From Tubiluchus corallicola (lineage: Eukaryota > Animalia > Priapulida): 64,000 nucleotides of DNA. Position 1 is the first letter of the stretch; the number at the start of each line of letters is the position of its first letter. Position numbers and translations under genes: made by a program. Positions 1-17,700 of the stretch are shown here, piece by piece. The notes under the pieces were generated by a model. The model saw only the letters and a list, made by a program, of their open reading frames with translations, was not told the DNA's origin and did not search any database. The stretch covers positions 1 to 64,000 of the forward strand of contig JAQGDQ010000505.1 in the NCBI GenBank assembly GCA_030141605.1. Direction: 5' to 3'.

Positions 1-190
1 GATAAGTAAAAACTTTCGTAAATTTATAATATGAAGTGTCCAAAAAGTCTAAAAGCCCACATGCAGCTGTATTTATCATTTGTTATATATATTCTCCTGA
101 CACATATTAATTAAAAAAGGAAGTCAGGTGTTTTATTCGGAATTTAAATAAATTCTAATTTTACTTATTTCAATTTATTTCAACTCGTCA

Positions 191-397
191 ATGAAAATAA
201 CCCAAATTTAAAAAAAAATTATTGGAAAATTATCGATCAAGTGTGAAATAACTCAAATTTAAAAAAAATTTTTGGAAAATTATCGATCAAGTATGAAAAT
301 AACTCAAATTTAAACAAATTTTATTGGAAAATTATCGATCAAGTATGAAAATAACACATATTTAAGCAAATTTTATTGGAAAATTATCGATCAAGTA
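191..397. repeat. ~52-bp tandem minisatellite, 4 copies
   Basis: Unit ATGAAAATAAC(C/T)CAAATTTAAA..AAATT.TATTGGAAAATTATCGATCAAGT occurs four times with small indels. Confidence 0.9.
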
Positions 398-1340
398 TCC
401 CGCGTGTTTTGTTACAATCTCCGAGTTAATCTAATAACTCTTTGCCGACACTTATAATCGCATTTCACTGTAATAAGGCTAAGTTACACAACAGCTCTCG
501 ATTTTTTTTTTTTTTCAACGAGGAGAAATGAAGCCTCTAAATTCTCCACATTGTTTACCCTTCTGATTTGAACGATTTCCAGGCTACACAGCAATAAACG
601 TGAAAAGGTTTTCGTTTGTTTTGGCTGTGTTTTGCCACTTTAGGTATCCAATAATTCTGTTTGCTTGCTTTTAAAGCGCCGTAAAACGGTAAATAAAACT
701 TAACCCCAATTATTATTAGTCCCAGTCTAAAAGCTTTTTTGCTTGAATAGTTTGTTTTCCGAATGCGCAAAAAAGTAAACCGAAGCTTAACGTTGATTAT
801 CGCGTTATTCGGAAATGGTTCGCCTTGCTAAAATTTTAAAACAATTTTAATGCGTATAAAAGATGCTGGCACACATGATCGTATTGGCTTTAAAGTTTAT
901 TATTACCTACAGGTAATAAGACATAATACAAGGTGTATAATAAAACGTTATGAAAATATTAAACTGTGTAGATTAAAGGCCCATTTAAAATGGGCTACAA
1001 AGCAAAAACAAGTAAGAATCGTGCAAGTATTAACACAATAAGTAAAGCATGGGTGAAGTGCCTCTTGATTTTAAAACAAAAAATTACCTGACTAAACAGT
1101 GAAACTTAATTAAAGCGTCTATATCAGTCGAAAAATTATATCATTGCTAAGAACAAGCAGTTATTTTCCTGGGGTGCATTAGGCTGATCGAATGTAATGA
1201 GCTGGGAAAATCATAAATGAGGTGCTAAAAGAACATGAAATACCTCAATACTTTTAGTACCTACTTTTTTGTATTTACTCCAATATTTCACTTGCTTCTC
1301 GCTTTATTGTAACATTTATATTTTTTCGATACGGGAATTT

Positions 1341-1359
1341 TTTGTTGCTGCTGCTGGTA

Positions 1360-1394
<35 letters not shown>

Positions 1395-1407
1395 CCTGCT
1401 GCTGCTG

Positions 1408-1466
<59 letters not shown>

Positions 1467-1668
1467 ACGCCTACCGCTACTTACTCTACAGCTACCACCA
1501 CCTCCACGCCACCTCCCCTACCATACCGCCCACCACCACCACCACCACTACCACTACTACTACTACTACCACTACCACTAAGACTACTACCACCACCACT
1601 ACTACTGCTACTGCTACTGCTACGGCTACGGCTACGGCTACGGCTACTACTACTACTACTACTACTAT

Positions 1669-1702
<34 letters not shown>
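1341..1702. repeat. Compound trinucleotide microsatellite (GCT)n/(ACT)n/(CCA)n in an nAChR intron
   Basis: Directly visible; explains the poly-Ala/Thr/Leu ORFs at 1269 and 1342. Confidence 0.95.
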
Positions 1703-1703
<1 letters not shown>

Positions 1704-1728
1704 ATTTAATTGCTTTATTTTCTATTAG

Positions 1729-5073
<3,345 letters not shown>

Positions 5074-5416
5074 TAAAAAGCATGTCTTGAGCCAACTTGA
5101 GCGAGGTCGGTATGCTGCTCCCAAACAAGAGATGCGCCGAGGAGTAGGACGTGCCGCAATTTTTGTACTTAGTATGTGGGAACAACATTGTAAATGCGCT
5201 TAATGAACACGTCCTAAAGTGGGTGCGTAAACTTACACTTATGGCGGAGAAAATATCAAGACTCTCGCTGACTCCCAGAAATTAGCAGCTTTTCTATGTA
5301 GTACCTGATTTGAAATGACGATGACATCTGTAAAAGTTGTCAACTTTTTTAATGTATCTTTCCACGTCTTATGGTTGTGAGTTTGTTAGTTGTCTGAGTT
5401 ATGTAAATATCGCTGC

Positions 5417-5422
5417 AATAAA
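5417..5422 (+). terminator. Candidate polyadenylation signal (AATAAA) of the nAChR gene
   Basis: AATAAA ~345 bp downstream of the stop codon at 5071-5073. Confidence 0.5.
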
Positions 5423-5544
5423 TAGTTCCATTTTACAAACTGACATACGGGCTTGTTTTGAAAAAAACTATAAAAATTAGCTAGTGAAGATTGTATGCGC
5501 AAGTAGGCCGATCGTGCGACTGAAACTAACAGAACGAATCATGA

Positions 5545-5748
5545 TTTCAAATAACTAGACCTACTACACCCACAATCGAAAGAGCTATCTGCCCACAACC
5601 AACTTGGTGGCGTTCCAGTAACGGGCAGTTCTCTTGAAGGAGCACAAGTCTTGCAAAAACGCCAAGACAATGGATCGACAGCCGAGAATGGTGCAGCCGC
5701 TACAACTGTATCCACTCAGATACATACCACCAAAATTAATATACTAGT
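5545..5748 (-). mobile_element. Diverged partial relative of the Helitron-like element at 60755-61338
   Basis: Shares CCTACTACACCCAC...GAA.G.GCTATCT and CATACCA..AAATTAATATA blocks with 61212-61335. Confidence 0.4.
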
Positions 5749-6456
5749 TGGCGCAAAAAATTCTTTGAAGTTTTGATTATGATTTTATTTTTAAACCATC
5801 GCAAATTCTAGGATAGGATTCTTGGCTCTCAGATTTTGCCAAGGATACAGAAGTTTAAATAAACAAGTCAGAAAATTAAACCCCGTAAAAAATTTCGTGT
5901 CAGTACTGTTAAAATTTGCAGCAAGTGTTCTGTGTCCACGCATTTTCAATGCAAATTAGACAAACAGGTTTCTTCCAACTGCTGATCTCTTTTGACTTAT
6001 TGACGATTATGTAGCTAACATTGTTTTGGCATTCAATTTTTGTAACAAGCAAAAACATTTCGTGCATAACTTTTAAAGACCCCGAAACTATAAACTTGGA
6101 ACACTCACACCAATAACCCAATGTATTGCAATTCCACACTGTAAAATTTCAATTAGGTAGGACACTTGTTTTTAATAGTTTTTAATGTCAACTTCGGCTT
6201 GTTTTTTCTTTACCACCCTATACTAAATTACAAGTACAATGAATGTATAAAAATCAGTACTATGAATAGGTTTTTAAATTAGGCCTCTGTACATGTACAC
6301 GCTTATGAAAACCATGCATATGTCTTACTCTATATTATGTTATGTTAAATACCTTATGTTACGATTCACAAAACTCAACAAATTAATTTAGGATCGCTAA
6401 TTATTACACGTTAATTTCAATGATTACAAGCAGGTACACAGCATTAACGATTAGAG

Positions 6457-6963
6457 CTAATTGTTCTTTAAGATTGATTGTCTGAATTTGCATCCGCAAC
6501 ACGCTAATTTACAACACGCGGCAATGGCAGTAATGGCGGCTAGAAACTCAAGCAAATATAATCCAACAAACGTGAAATGAACTCTTCTAGCGGTGACAGT
6601 TTTACCGTAATCTCCATAAACATATTCAAAGGTCACAACTAACGTCAAAGCAAGCAAATTTATGATGGTCAGAAGAAGGCTTGTCATACCAGCCACTATG
6701 GAAGAGACCATAAAGCTGATGATTAATCTCCTACTGGGTTTTTTCTCAGCAGCTGAACCTGCTCCAAGGAATCCCAGTACTCCTGTTGTCGCAAACACAG
6801 CGCCTCCCCAACAGCCGGGTGAAAACGGAAAGGGAAAGCTGAAGTTGACGAAGAAAAGAATCACTTCCAGAACAACAGCAGTTAAGCCAAAGCATAACTG
6901 AATGACTGATATGATGAATACCACAGACCACCCAATATCATCATCTAAACCTGAAGATGGCAT
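6457..6963 (-). CDS. Four-TM MS4A/CD20-like membrane protein, 168 aa, single coding exon
   Basis: Four hydrophobic helices; TM1 IQLCFGL; PGCWGGAVFATTGVLG matches the MS4A G.W.G.....G.LG pattern; Cys-rich tail CCKLACCGC. ATG lies in CAGCCATG context with an in-frame TAA 4 codons upstream; TTTCAG acceptor at 7049-7054 implies a 5'UTR intron. Confidence 0.8.
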   Translation of the reverse strand: MPSSGLDDDIGWSVVFIISVIQLCFGLTAVVLEVILFFVNFSFPFPFSPGCWGGAVFATTGVLGFLGAGSAAEKKPSRRLIISFMVSSIVAGMTSLLLTIINLLALTLVVTFEYVYGDYGKTVTARRVHFTFVGLYLLEFLAAITAIAACCKLACCGCKFRQSILKNN

Positions 6964-8129
6964 GGCTGGGTTTTACAATTTGCACCTGCATCAGGATGCG
7001 TGGATGTCCAAGCTTTTTAGTTCTCTTTTCTTAGGCGTGACGGTTGAGCTGAAATTACCAATATATCTTAAGATATGAGAAATCTATCTAGGTTTGCCAC
7101 AATTTTATAATTCTATACTTCTGAATCACGTCCTATGCAATTTCAAAGATAAAAACATCATAAAGAACAATATAAACATTATAATGTCAACATATATCAC
7201 AATATCACACACTTTATTACTAGATTAGTTTGCAGATAAGTTTGTATTTTCTATACGCCATAACTGCCATTTCTCTAGATTCTACTTTTACAAAAGTATG
7301 TATAAAACGACAAAATTGACAGTCCTACCTCTACACATGCATTTAGCAAGTCTGAACATGATCATGCGCCTATTTCGGCAAAATATTGGACCTACAGCAA
7401 AACGCTATTGCATTTTACAAAGGTATGCAGAATAGGCTTAAATGAAGCGGCGAGTGAGCCACGTCATAGTATTATGATGGATTCTTGTAGCTTTCTATGG
7501 CAACAGTAGTGGAAGCCACTTGTGAGTAGAAGCAAGACATGGGTATCTGTTCCTGTAAGCAGAAGTTCTACCTGAACCAAGAAAGTGCATAGAAGAGCAA
7601 ACGTTACTGTTCCCGGAATGTGGCCTTTCAATTTTTTCTTTGGTACCCTCTTCATCTTTTCTTCTTATCAACTTTCGATTCTTTCTAGTGTTTTCGTCTT
7701 TAGCAAATGTGAGGACTTTTCCTTTTATTAAAGTTTTTAAGGCGCTTTTGATACCATTTCATAATAATTTGTATAGAAATTAAAAATCAGAGACCAAGAA
7801 AATGCTGTCCTTCTATATACTTGCAATTTGGCCATTCGTCTGTCTCCCAAGTAGTACGTAAAAGGGAAACGTCTATACCTCCTAGTGGATTATTCATTTC
7901 GAGATCCTCTTTACCTAACATTAATGTAGAAATTAACGGTTGAGTATCAGCGTCACATCGACTGTATCCCATATTGTGCAATTTCCATTGTACCATTTCA
8001 ATTTATACATACAGTTGAGTTTAATTTACAGTTGCCAATTTCTTGCGCTAATTGCTTTTCACTAATCCGTTCGAAGCACAAACGACAAATTTCGTATATA
8101 TCATTTGCAGTATATATGACCAACAAAGA

Positions 8130-8222
8130 TGTCTATGCCTATGTCTGTGACTATGTCTAATTGCCTATATCTATGTCTATATCTATGTCTATGACTATGA
8201 CTATGTCTATGTTTATGTCTAT
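8130..8222. repeat. Degenerate hexanucleotide repeat (ATGTCT/ATGACT/ATATCT)n
   Basis: Directly visible. Confidence 0.85.
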
Positions 8223-8799
8223 TGGTAATGAAATAAAAGGTCGAAGCAAAAACCACAGTCTGTAAGTAGCATACAGAAAACTAACCCACTCACGAGGTTT
8301 CTCCTTTCAAGGTCTTCTCTACCTGGCATGTTAATAAGACATAAAAGATCAATTGGTGGGGTTATAGTTTGAAGGGTTTTTCGTTACATCTTACTGAAAT
8401 TAATTGGCATAGGTCTCCATTTCTTTCTCCTGTGTCTTTATCTAACGACCACCTGCAAATATTTGCTAAAAACTTTGCCTTTTCCTACAATACTTGAACT
8501 TGCATCATTTTGTACATTAATAAACGATAACGATATACAAAACTAGTTGACGCCAAAATGAATGAACTTGCACGTGGATACATAGTCAGTTCATCGCACT
8601 CTACAGGTGTTTAATCTGCGTTCAGCTAAACTTTGTCTTGTTTTGGGGACTTTGATTTGTGTCTGTAGGACTGTAGGTACTGTGGATAATGTGACATTAC
8701 TTCATTTACTTGCCTTTACTTGCGATCTTGTCAGCATTTGTCGTAAACTTAGGTTCTATAATTATTATAAAGGATCTTACAAAAGCTTTAATCAAAAAA

Positions 8800-11700
8800 A
8801 TGGAACAGTTTGGTGTTCGAAACGAGCATGGAGAACATGGCAATAGCGCAGTTGAGCCTAACCAATCGAGTGAACATGTCCTGATAAAGGTAGGAATTAC
8901 GATGTTGTGTGTTTCTCAATTCAAGAGCTTTTCAAGTTTCTGTGTCTCTCCAGGTCCATGTATCTGAACGTGTGTGTCTGTGACACCTAATCATCCGTTA
9001 AAGGACAAGAAAAGTGGCACCTAACTACGTTTTAGAAAAATCGCCTTAAAAATTATATTACTTTACAGCAATTTTTTGCATTTATCGTACTCGCATTAAA
9101 AGGAATTGTTGTTTGCTTTCATTTTAAATCTCTCGCAATACTGTAACTACGGCGCCATTACATGACGTCACTATGCAAACATGAATCAGAGGAAGAAAAG
9201 GAAATGCTAAGTTGTGTCACAAAAAACTTTCCATAAAAATCTATATTACTTAGCATTTCGCTTACTTGCTGGAAAGACTTATGTAACTAGAAATAATATT
9301 TTAAAATGTTCGTGCCAATTAGTAAAATGTCGCTGGCTCACCCCCCCCCCCAGGGTGTGCCACTCACTAACCAAGAACGTATTTTTGATCTTATTGACAA
9401 TAATTTAAAATGTTACTTAATTAGTAGCATGTGTGCTACGAATGCTCAGATTATTTTTTCAAATTTCAAATGTTATCTAAACTTGTGTCAAATGGCCTCA
9501 TTAAAATGGCTGCGCCTAACGGGCATCGAGGGAGTTTAAAGTTACAAGTTTTATACACCATTACTGCCGATGCAAGCCCTGTATGCAAAAAGGCAGTAAA
9601 TGGTATAAAATTTCAAGTGAATTTTTGAAGCTTTTTGTACGTGGAGGGTTTTCTTGTGTTAATGTTTAATACGATGGAGTGTTCAGTATTAGGCTCACAA
9701 ATTTGGGCTTTATAGTTTACTGAGCGCAGTACACGACACAGAACTTATTTACGATATAGTACATACAAAAAACATTGATCCTACACAAAGGATGGAACGA
9801 TTCAAACGTAGTAGAAATTATGACAACAGAAACACAATAATCACAAAAGCACAATAATAACGAAAATAGTAAAAATACAAAATTACAAGTTCCTAACAGT
9901 TAAAACTTTTCAGAAGCTGTCGTCTTTTGCAGCTTCGTTTTCCTCAGGTCTGTATACCACTACAAAAATTTGGTTTTTGTAATTCATGTTCGTCTCTGGG
10001 AAGTCGCTACGTTTAACTGACGGCTCATGTGGTCAACATATAAGATTGTTTCAAACCGGATTAAGTGCAGGAAGTTTGCACTTCACGTATCGCATTTGTA
10101 ATACTCAAAGGTGGGAATGTTTTCGATGCCTCGAGAGGGCGTTCGAGAGACAATCACCGATTTTTGCGAAAGTTGTGTATTTTTTCTTGTCCTAAGAGCA
10201 GCTAAAATTGAGAAAGGTCGTGGACACCACCAAACTGGGGTTATTTCGGCTAAGAAAGCGTGACAGATTAAAGCCAAAATGTAAAATATGGAATCCCTCC
10301 ATCAGCGGGCCGCTGATTAGGGCACGGGACAGTCAGAGGCAGCGGCACGGGACAGTCAGTGGTATATTTAACCTTTAGCATTCGATGACTTGACGAACAC
10401 ATATGTCATCGAAAAACTTCAGACAGCAGAGATCATGTTGCAGTGGGAAAAAAAGCAGAGCAAAAAATAGCAAAATGGTGATTTGAAGAACCACCTATTA
10501 AATACAGACTTTAACTTACCGCAATGCCAGTGGTGAGACTTGCACATGCAGTGTGTTGCAACACGAACGGGTTATATAAGATTTTAATCGCACATATTAT
10601 GTATTATAACAGTGTAATTCATTAATGTTTGTTAGTAATAATTTACAAGAATATTTACATTAGTTAGTTGTCATATAATACAAAATCTGACGAATTTCAT
10701 CATACGAAAAGCCAGGTAGGTGGCTTTCTCCTTCAGTAAGCCAGTACAACTCATAAGCAAATGTATCACGATTACTAGAAGCATTAAAATTGGCAATATT
10801 TCGTACGATAAATATCTTATTCACTCTTACGGTTGTATAAGCAGAATTCATGTTTAAAAGCGACAATGTTTTTAATACAGTACTTCTTGACCGATTTACA
10901 CATGCCAACGTTTAAACGTTCTCTTAGCTATTAAAAATTCAAAGGAGGAAGTTTCAGCAATCTTCATCGTCATTGTAGAATGAGAGTTATATGGTATGCC
11001 AAGTCAAGTGTTTTTCAAATTTTAACAATCATCAATTTTACACTTCAGTCAGTTGAATTAAAAATTCAACTGTCATAGAATGCACAGCAATTGAACAATT
11101 TAAGCAATACACGTTTGTTACTCGCAGATCTGAAAAAACACAGAGCTTTAATGAGATCATACATGCGCATTACTACTTTGGGAGACTGAGACAGATTATA
11201 TGTAAGCTGGTGGCAACACTATAATGCTTTTTATGAGGTCTATTAATTGCTAGGATTTCTTGTAAGTGATTTAATTTCTTTTCTAGATCGACCCTGAAGC
11301 CTGTGATGTTACGTTTGCCAAGCAACCCTCAAGATTAACAACCTTAAAAATTCAACTTGCATTTTGTTTGCGTCATTGTCTTCGTCGCACAAAGATCATT
11401 GCCAGAACGTCATGTTACATTTTGTTAATACTGTGTTATATTGTATATCTCATCTTTGCTGTGTGGTACAATCTCACGAAACACCAAAGCTTAAGCAAGA
11501 TCCGTGCACTTATTGCAATTTCCGCGGTAGGTTTTGTGGTTGGATTTTATGTATTTCTTAAGCATCGTTTGCGTGCATCAAACATTGAGGTATGTCCACC
11601 TTGCCGTTTATCGTCCTGGTCAAATCGTTGCAAACATATGAGCAATTACTGGAGTTGGTTAAAATGGTAATACTAATACTAAAATTTTTAGCACAAAGTC

Positions 11701-14700
11701 TTTTATAATGATTACTGTAAAAATGTTATCGAACCTGCTTACTCTGCAGTGTTTTAAAGTGTATAGTTTTTTCATGTGATTCGCAAGTTACTTCCTCATT
11801 AGGTAACAGAAATTACAGAAAACCAGTTTATTTTAAAGGTCAAATCTAATTTGAGTCAAAACTACTTTGTTACAGTTAAATTTTGCATTGATTTATCCTT
11901 TCTAGGATAGTCTGCTTGTTTATACTGATTGGAATCTCACTCATCATCTTGCAAGATCTAACTGTCCAAGAAATACCGAAAAATTTAATGTCCGGTGCAG
12001 GCCTCATGTTATGCGTTTTGTTCTCTTACGCATTTTCCAAACACCGTACTCAGGTAAGCTTTTTAAAAATGAGATTTGCAAAATCAGCAATTGTGTATTG
12101 CTTGACAGAAGAGATGCCAGTTATACAAAGCATGTCATTCATCACAACAATAGCAAAGTGTTTTCACCCCTCAAAAGTAATGACGTAGATACCAGCACCA
12201 AAAAGAAACCAGTGAGAATTGTGAGGTGACAAACTGTTAATAGCAGTACTCTTGGATGAAAGAACCAAAAATGGGCCTTGAGGCGCAGAAACCTTGGGAA
12301 ACGAAAAAAGCCGGCACAGCAATTACAAAGCTGACTTGAAGGAGCCTGTCAGTCTCTCAACGCAACGACATCTTAAACGTTTGAGGGAAACTAACTCGAA
12401 CACTTAAACTACGTATATGTAATAGTATGAGTGACACGTGAAATCATCAACCTTACGAAGTCTGACTAAAGTGTGCATTAAAGATATGGTGAAAAGACAG
12501 AAGGAAATGGCAACCTGTTCTCTGTTAACAATGTAGACCATTAATTTTGTTAAGTCGTTCATCTCAAAAACAATGTATTGTTACTCAATTACACAATTAG
12601 CGTTGTTACAAATCCTGTCTACAGCTGTCTTGTACATAATATTGATATACTGACATAAATGACGCCACACAAATTGTAAAAAAATTAACAAATACGAAAT
12701 GTTTATAACGTTCTTGCAGTAAGTTTCACATTTTTTGCAAATAAAAATTGTTTGCTTATTTGTACCATTATAGGTAAAATGGAGGCCAGTGTTTTGGGGT
12801 TTGGGAATCCAGTTTCTGCTAGCGTTGTTCATACTGCGAAGTAAAGTTGGATATGCCATCTTTAACTGGATAGGAGGCATTATTACGATCTTCCTGGAAT
12901 TCTCTACTGCTGGGTCAAAGTTTTTGTTTGGTGACCCGGGATTTCTGGATCACATGTTTGCCTTTAAGGTAACACTTAGCACAGTTTGGACTTTACGATA
13001 ATGACCATGGAAGTTTTGACAGACAAAAGCGTACAAAATTCATGACTACAATGACAGCAATAATTATGATAATTATAACGATAATATCGAAGCAGGGAAG
13101 AAGTTCACAATTTCCCACAGTATTTAAATACCCTAACCCTAATCCGCTTCACGGACTAATTTCTTGTGTGTAGGAATTGTAAATTTTAGCCCGAATGACA
13201 GCGTGATGACGATGATGATGACGACAATGATTGAGAACAAAGCGAAGACAAAGAAGCCCAACGATATTCGTCAAACAAAATTGACTTATAATAATACTTT
13301 GTGTCACAGGTGCTCCCAACTTTGGTCTTTTTCTCTGCCACTATCTCGGTTTTGTATTATCTGGGATACATCCAAGCAATTGTGAGGAAGCTGGCATGGC
13401 TCATGTCATTTACGATGCAGACAACAGCAGCAGAGTCAATGAATGCAGCAGCGAATATCTTCGTTGGTTTGGTAATATCTTTCATGAAGTGACATCAATA
13501 TGTTTTTAAATCACTTTGTCTTGCATCAGCAATGAGCAATGAATGTTAATACGTGACTGTATTTGTGATTTTTTAAATAGCCCCGAATATAGCTCGCAGG
13601 AATTCGCTGGTATTTTATGATATTTACTTATTTATTTTAGCCATAACAGAATGACATGCTAATAAAAAGATACAACACAATAAATTGACTAGGGAGACCT
13701 GTACAAGGTGAAAAGACCACCGCATAAGGTACAGGCCATCCAGAGTAAAGTGCCCCATTGCAGAGTTATACAGTAAATATAAATAGTAATGAAATGTGAG
13801 ATCATGGCACTATCTTACATGTGTTATCACACAAAGAAAAAACACGTCAATTATGTCTATTACAAAAACTGATTACTCAACTAAAAAAATTACATTTACA
13901 ATTATAATATTTCAAGAGTATAGTTCACACACATAACAATCACCAATATTACAAGAGAAGGAATTTGCGTCGATATTGTTTCACAAAAATCACAAGAGCC
14001 AAAAATAAGACTTGAGTCTCCCAAGAACTTTTGATGAGACTGAATTAGGCGAATACAGCGCAGAGATATTGATAGATTAATTTGCTGAACTTGCACAAAC
14101 TACAGACCTTCAAAGCTGTATAAAACGTTTATTTTTAAGCAGTGTGTCTTACCTAAAATTATCTCTTGTATCCACGATTTCTAAAGCTGAATACGTTACT
14201 ATACATGCTTGTTCCTAGTGGTGTCACGAAAAGTCAACTGCGTCTTTGTTAGGCTAGAAAACCTGTGAAACAGGTGCTGTAGTCAAGCCTTCCTAAGTCG
14301 AGTCGAGTCCTAAGTCTATGGGATTCATGTCTGAGTCAAGTCTCAAATTACTCTGGCTAAAGTCCAAGACAGCGACGTGTAAGTCCGAGTTGAGACCGAG
14401 TCCAAAGCAAATTGCGACTCAAGGCTTAGACTCGGAGCGTCGAGTAGTTCAACACTGCTACGTAGCCGACAAGATATGTACTTATAAAGTATATAGAATT
14501 ACCTCCATTGAGGCTTTACCATCAAACAGCTGTCTCGTATCAAAAATAACAAAGATAACTTTTTTTCAAAGACAGAAGCACCTTTAGTGATCAAACCCTA
14601 TGTCGCCTTACTGACTCAATCAGAGTTGCACGCGGTGATAACAGGAGGATTTGCTAGTGTTGCTGGATCCATGATAGGACCTTACAGTGCAATGGGGGTA

Positions 14701-17700
14701 AGTTTTTCATCTGAAACGGTGATTGTGCTCCTGAAAGAGAAAATTTTCGATGTTTATGCAGGCGTGGATAGTGGTGGGGGTTCTTACAGCAAGTGCTGGT
14801 GCTAGTGGTAATGCTAATCAGTTGTAACACTGCCTCTTTTAACGCGCTATTGTGATGATTGAAGGAAAATGGTTGTACTTTGTGATCGACAGTAACCGAA
14901 AGTAGTAATTCAAACCCCAGTCCTCTAGGTTAGTTGTAGCTCATTCGCACATGAATCAACTTCCCAGCTTCTTTACGACAAAACATGTATAGGAACGGTT
15001 GTTGAATCGATGCTGCTAACATATAAAGTTCTTTATTAACTAGTACCGGCTTCATTTTGAGCAATTCGCTTACAACCACAAATGACACTCCAAATCAAGT
15101 TGAGTGTTCAAGTCATGTATTGAGCCAACACAACTAAATACGTCAACAGTCCAAGAGTTCTAATTAAAACGTTGTGCAGTTCACATTTTTGGAGTTTGCA
15201 TACACTAGGCCAGTGATTCTTTCTTTATTGCAAATGGTTCGTAAATTAAATTAATTAACGATTACTCGCCTGCTTCTTTATTTGCAGATTAGTCCAATGC
15301 ATCTGGTGTCAGCAGCGGTAATGTCGGCTCCTGCGGCTCTAGCGATCTCCAAGCTTTCATACCCGGAAACGGAAGTGTCAAAAACAAAAGAGATTGCTGA
15401 CATTGCTACTTCAGATCAGTAAGAGTATTAACATTCAGACTCAAAGAATAAGCAAAAAACAGATTGTATTTACTCCAAAACATGCCCTTGGCTACTGAAT
15501 TAAATAACTGAATCAGTTCCCGAAGACTGAAGAAGAAATTCATCCATGGCTAGCTAAACAAGACAATCTTACTGCCACTAATGCAAGCTATATCCAATAT
15601 CTAAAAAATATCTAAAAATACCGTACAATAGTTCTTTGAAGGCATAAACAAAAAACACTATGAAGATGTGATACAAGCTTATATAATTAGCATTACCAGT
15701 TGTATAAGCGCAGATAAAATGCAATATTCAGTGAACAGTATTGTGCACTTTCGTACTAGCGAACGTAATCACGAAACTAATTTAACTTTTCAGGTCTGAA
15801 AGAAACATAGTGGAAGCTTTGTCAAATGGAGCATCAAATTCTGTTAAGATCGTGGCAAATATTTCGGTCAATTTAATCGCGTTTATTTCATTCCTAAAGA
15901 TGGTAAATTTTGCTCTCGGGTGGCTTGGAGGAATGGTTGGATATGACCAATTTTCCTTCGAGGTAAAAACTGATGAAGTGATGAAGTCATCTACCTACAT
16001 TGTAAAATGAAGGTGGCACTCACAAGAACATTGACTGAATAGTTAACCTGACAAGTTGTAGTAGCATATGAATACCCAATAATCTTGTAAATTAGCAGAT
16101 TTTTTACTGATTTTCACAAATCAACAACACACTGTCACTGTATAACAAATAGTACTAAATTTAGTTTTAAGCAGTCCACAATCACATTGCATTATTGCTG
16201 GGAAGATGTTTGCACTAACACTGCTACATACGTCTCAATTCAATGTCATTGCAAGTCAATTTCTACATAAAATTTCAAAACGAGTGTACAGAACATGCAA
16301 AAATCACAATGTGCTTTCAACTTACTCTGGCAGGGAACAAACTTCTATGTGTTGTGCCGAAATACAGTAGGCGCCGCTTAATAGACTCACGTTGATAGAC
16401 ACAATCGCTTAATTGACTCAAAAACACCTGGAAAGGGCCGCTTCTATTCAAATATACTTAAAAACTATCGGTAATTGAGTCAAATAACTCCGCATAATTG
16501 ACTGAATATTTTTTCTTCACCTACTTAAAATGAAATATTTGTAGGTGCCAAAACAGCCTTTCCTACTTTTATGTCATTTTTACTTTCCCTTTGTGCACTA
16601 TGTATGCAGAAACAATCATGTTAAGTACCGTTTTGTTTGTAAGCAGGTACGTTTATCATGCGCTAATACGCTAGCGTAGCGGTTTTGCTTTTCTGGAAGC
16701 TAAACATTTAATCACTTGCCTAGCGGGTTCCTTTTGATGCTCTCGTTGCAAATCAGGCTTTCAAGCTTAACGAGTTAACAGTCAAAGGTGCAGACGATTC
16801 AGAACTGTTTTCGTCACGCACAACAACAGATTTTCAACGTTTTTTAACTACGAGTACTTTGCGGGCCAACTTCTTCGCGAGAAAATGAAGCAGCCGACTT
16901 TGAAAGAATTTTTGCAAATAAGCAGACTTAGAAGGCTGTGATTTAGAAAAGTATGCTTTTTAATTTATTGCTAGTTCACTTATGTAAATTAATATTTTTT
17001 CTAATTTTTAACTGCTCAAAGGAATTTAGGCAATACTTCGTTTCTAAAATTCATTAAAAACCTTTGCAGTGCATAGTAAGCTAGTGACTCATACACGCCC
17101 TATACCAGTAATAATACACCCATTGGTTAATAGGTTCAGTCGGTTAATTGGATCAAAACATATCGGTCCCAAAGTGAGTCTATTAAGCGGCGCCAGTAGT
17201 CAAAGAACGTTAAATGTACCGAAATTATATTTCAGCACAGCTGATATTGTGTTTGTTAGAAACTCTGTGCACTTCATTTCTTAAACGCCAATAGAACAAA
17301 CTAGTATTTAGCTACTAAATATCATATGGTGCATGTGGTTCCATCATTTTTGCAGATAATCTGCTCATACGTGCTTAAGCCAGTGCCCTTTCTCATGGGA
17401 GTCGACTGGAAAGACTGCCAAATCGTGGCCGAACTCATTGGATTGAAAACCTTCTTAAATGAGTTCATAGCATACCAAAAGCTATCTTACTACGTGGAAG
17501 CAAAGCAGTTGTCGGTAAAACTAGCATAACTGTAATATAATCTAATAGGTACTTGTAAGTCCTCTATGGAAAGAATTAGATGCGACACATTTCCAAGATA
17601 ATAAGTAATGCCTTTAACAGGGTGCTAGACACTCGATTAACTTTCATTTCAGCAGCATTTCAAGTATTGTACAGTAAACTGAATCATTAAACTGGCATTT

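Noticed and set aside
7464-7996. Minus-strand ORFs as upstream coding exons of the MS4A-like gene
   Set aside because: An in-frame TAA precedes the ATG at 6963 and the peptides show no recognisable motif.
8998-9540. Kolobok-like element starting TTAA|AGG
   Set aside because: No matching right TIR found; probably repeat-derived but not supportable.
11590-11595. Strong internal GTATGT donor in SLC28 exon 2
   Set aside because: Phase 0, whereas the next exon needs phase 2; use would frameshift.
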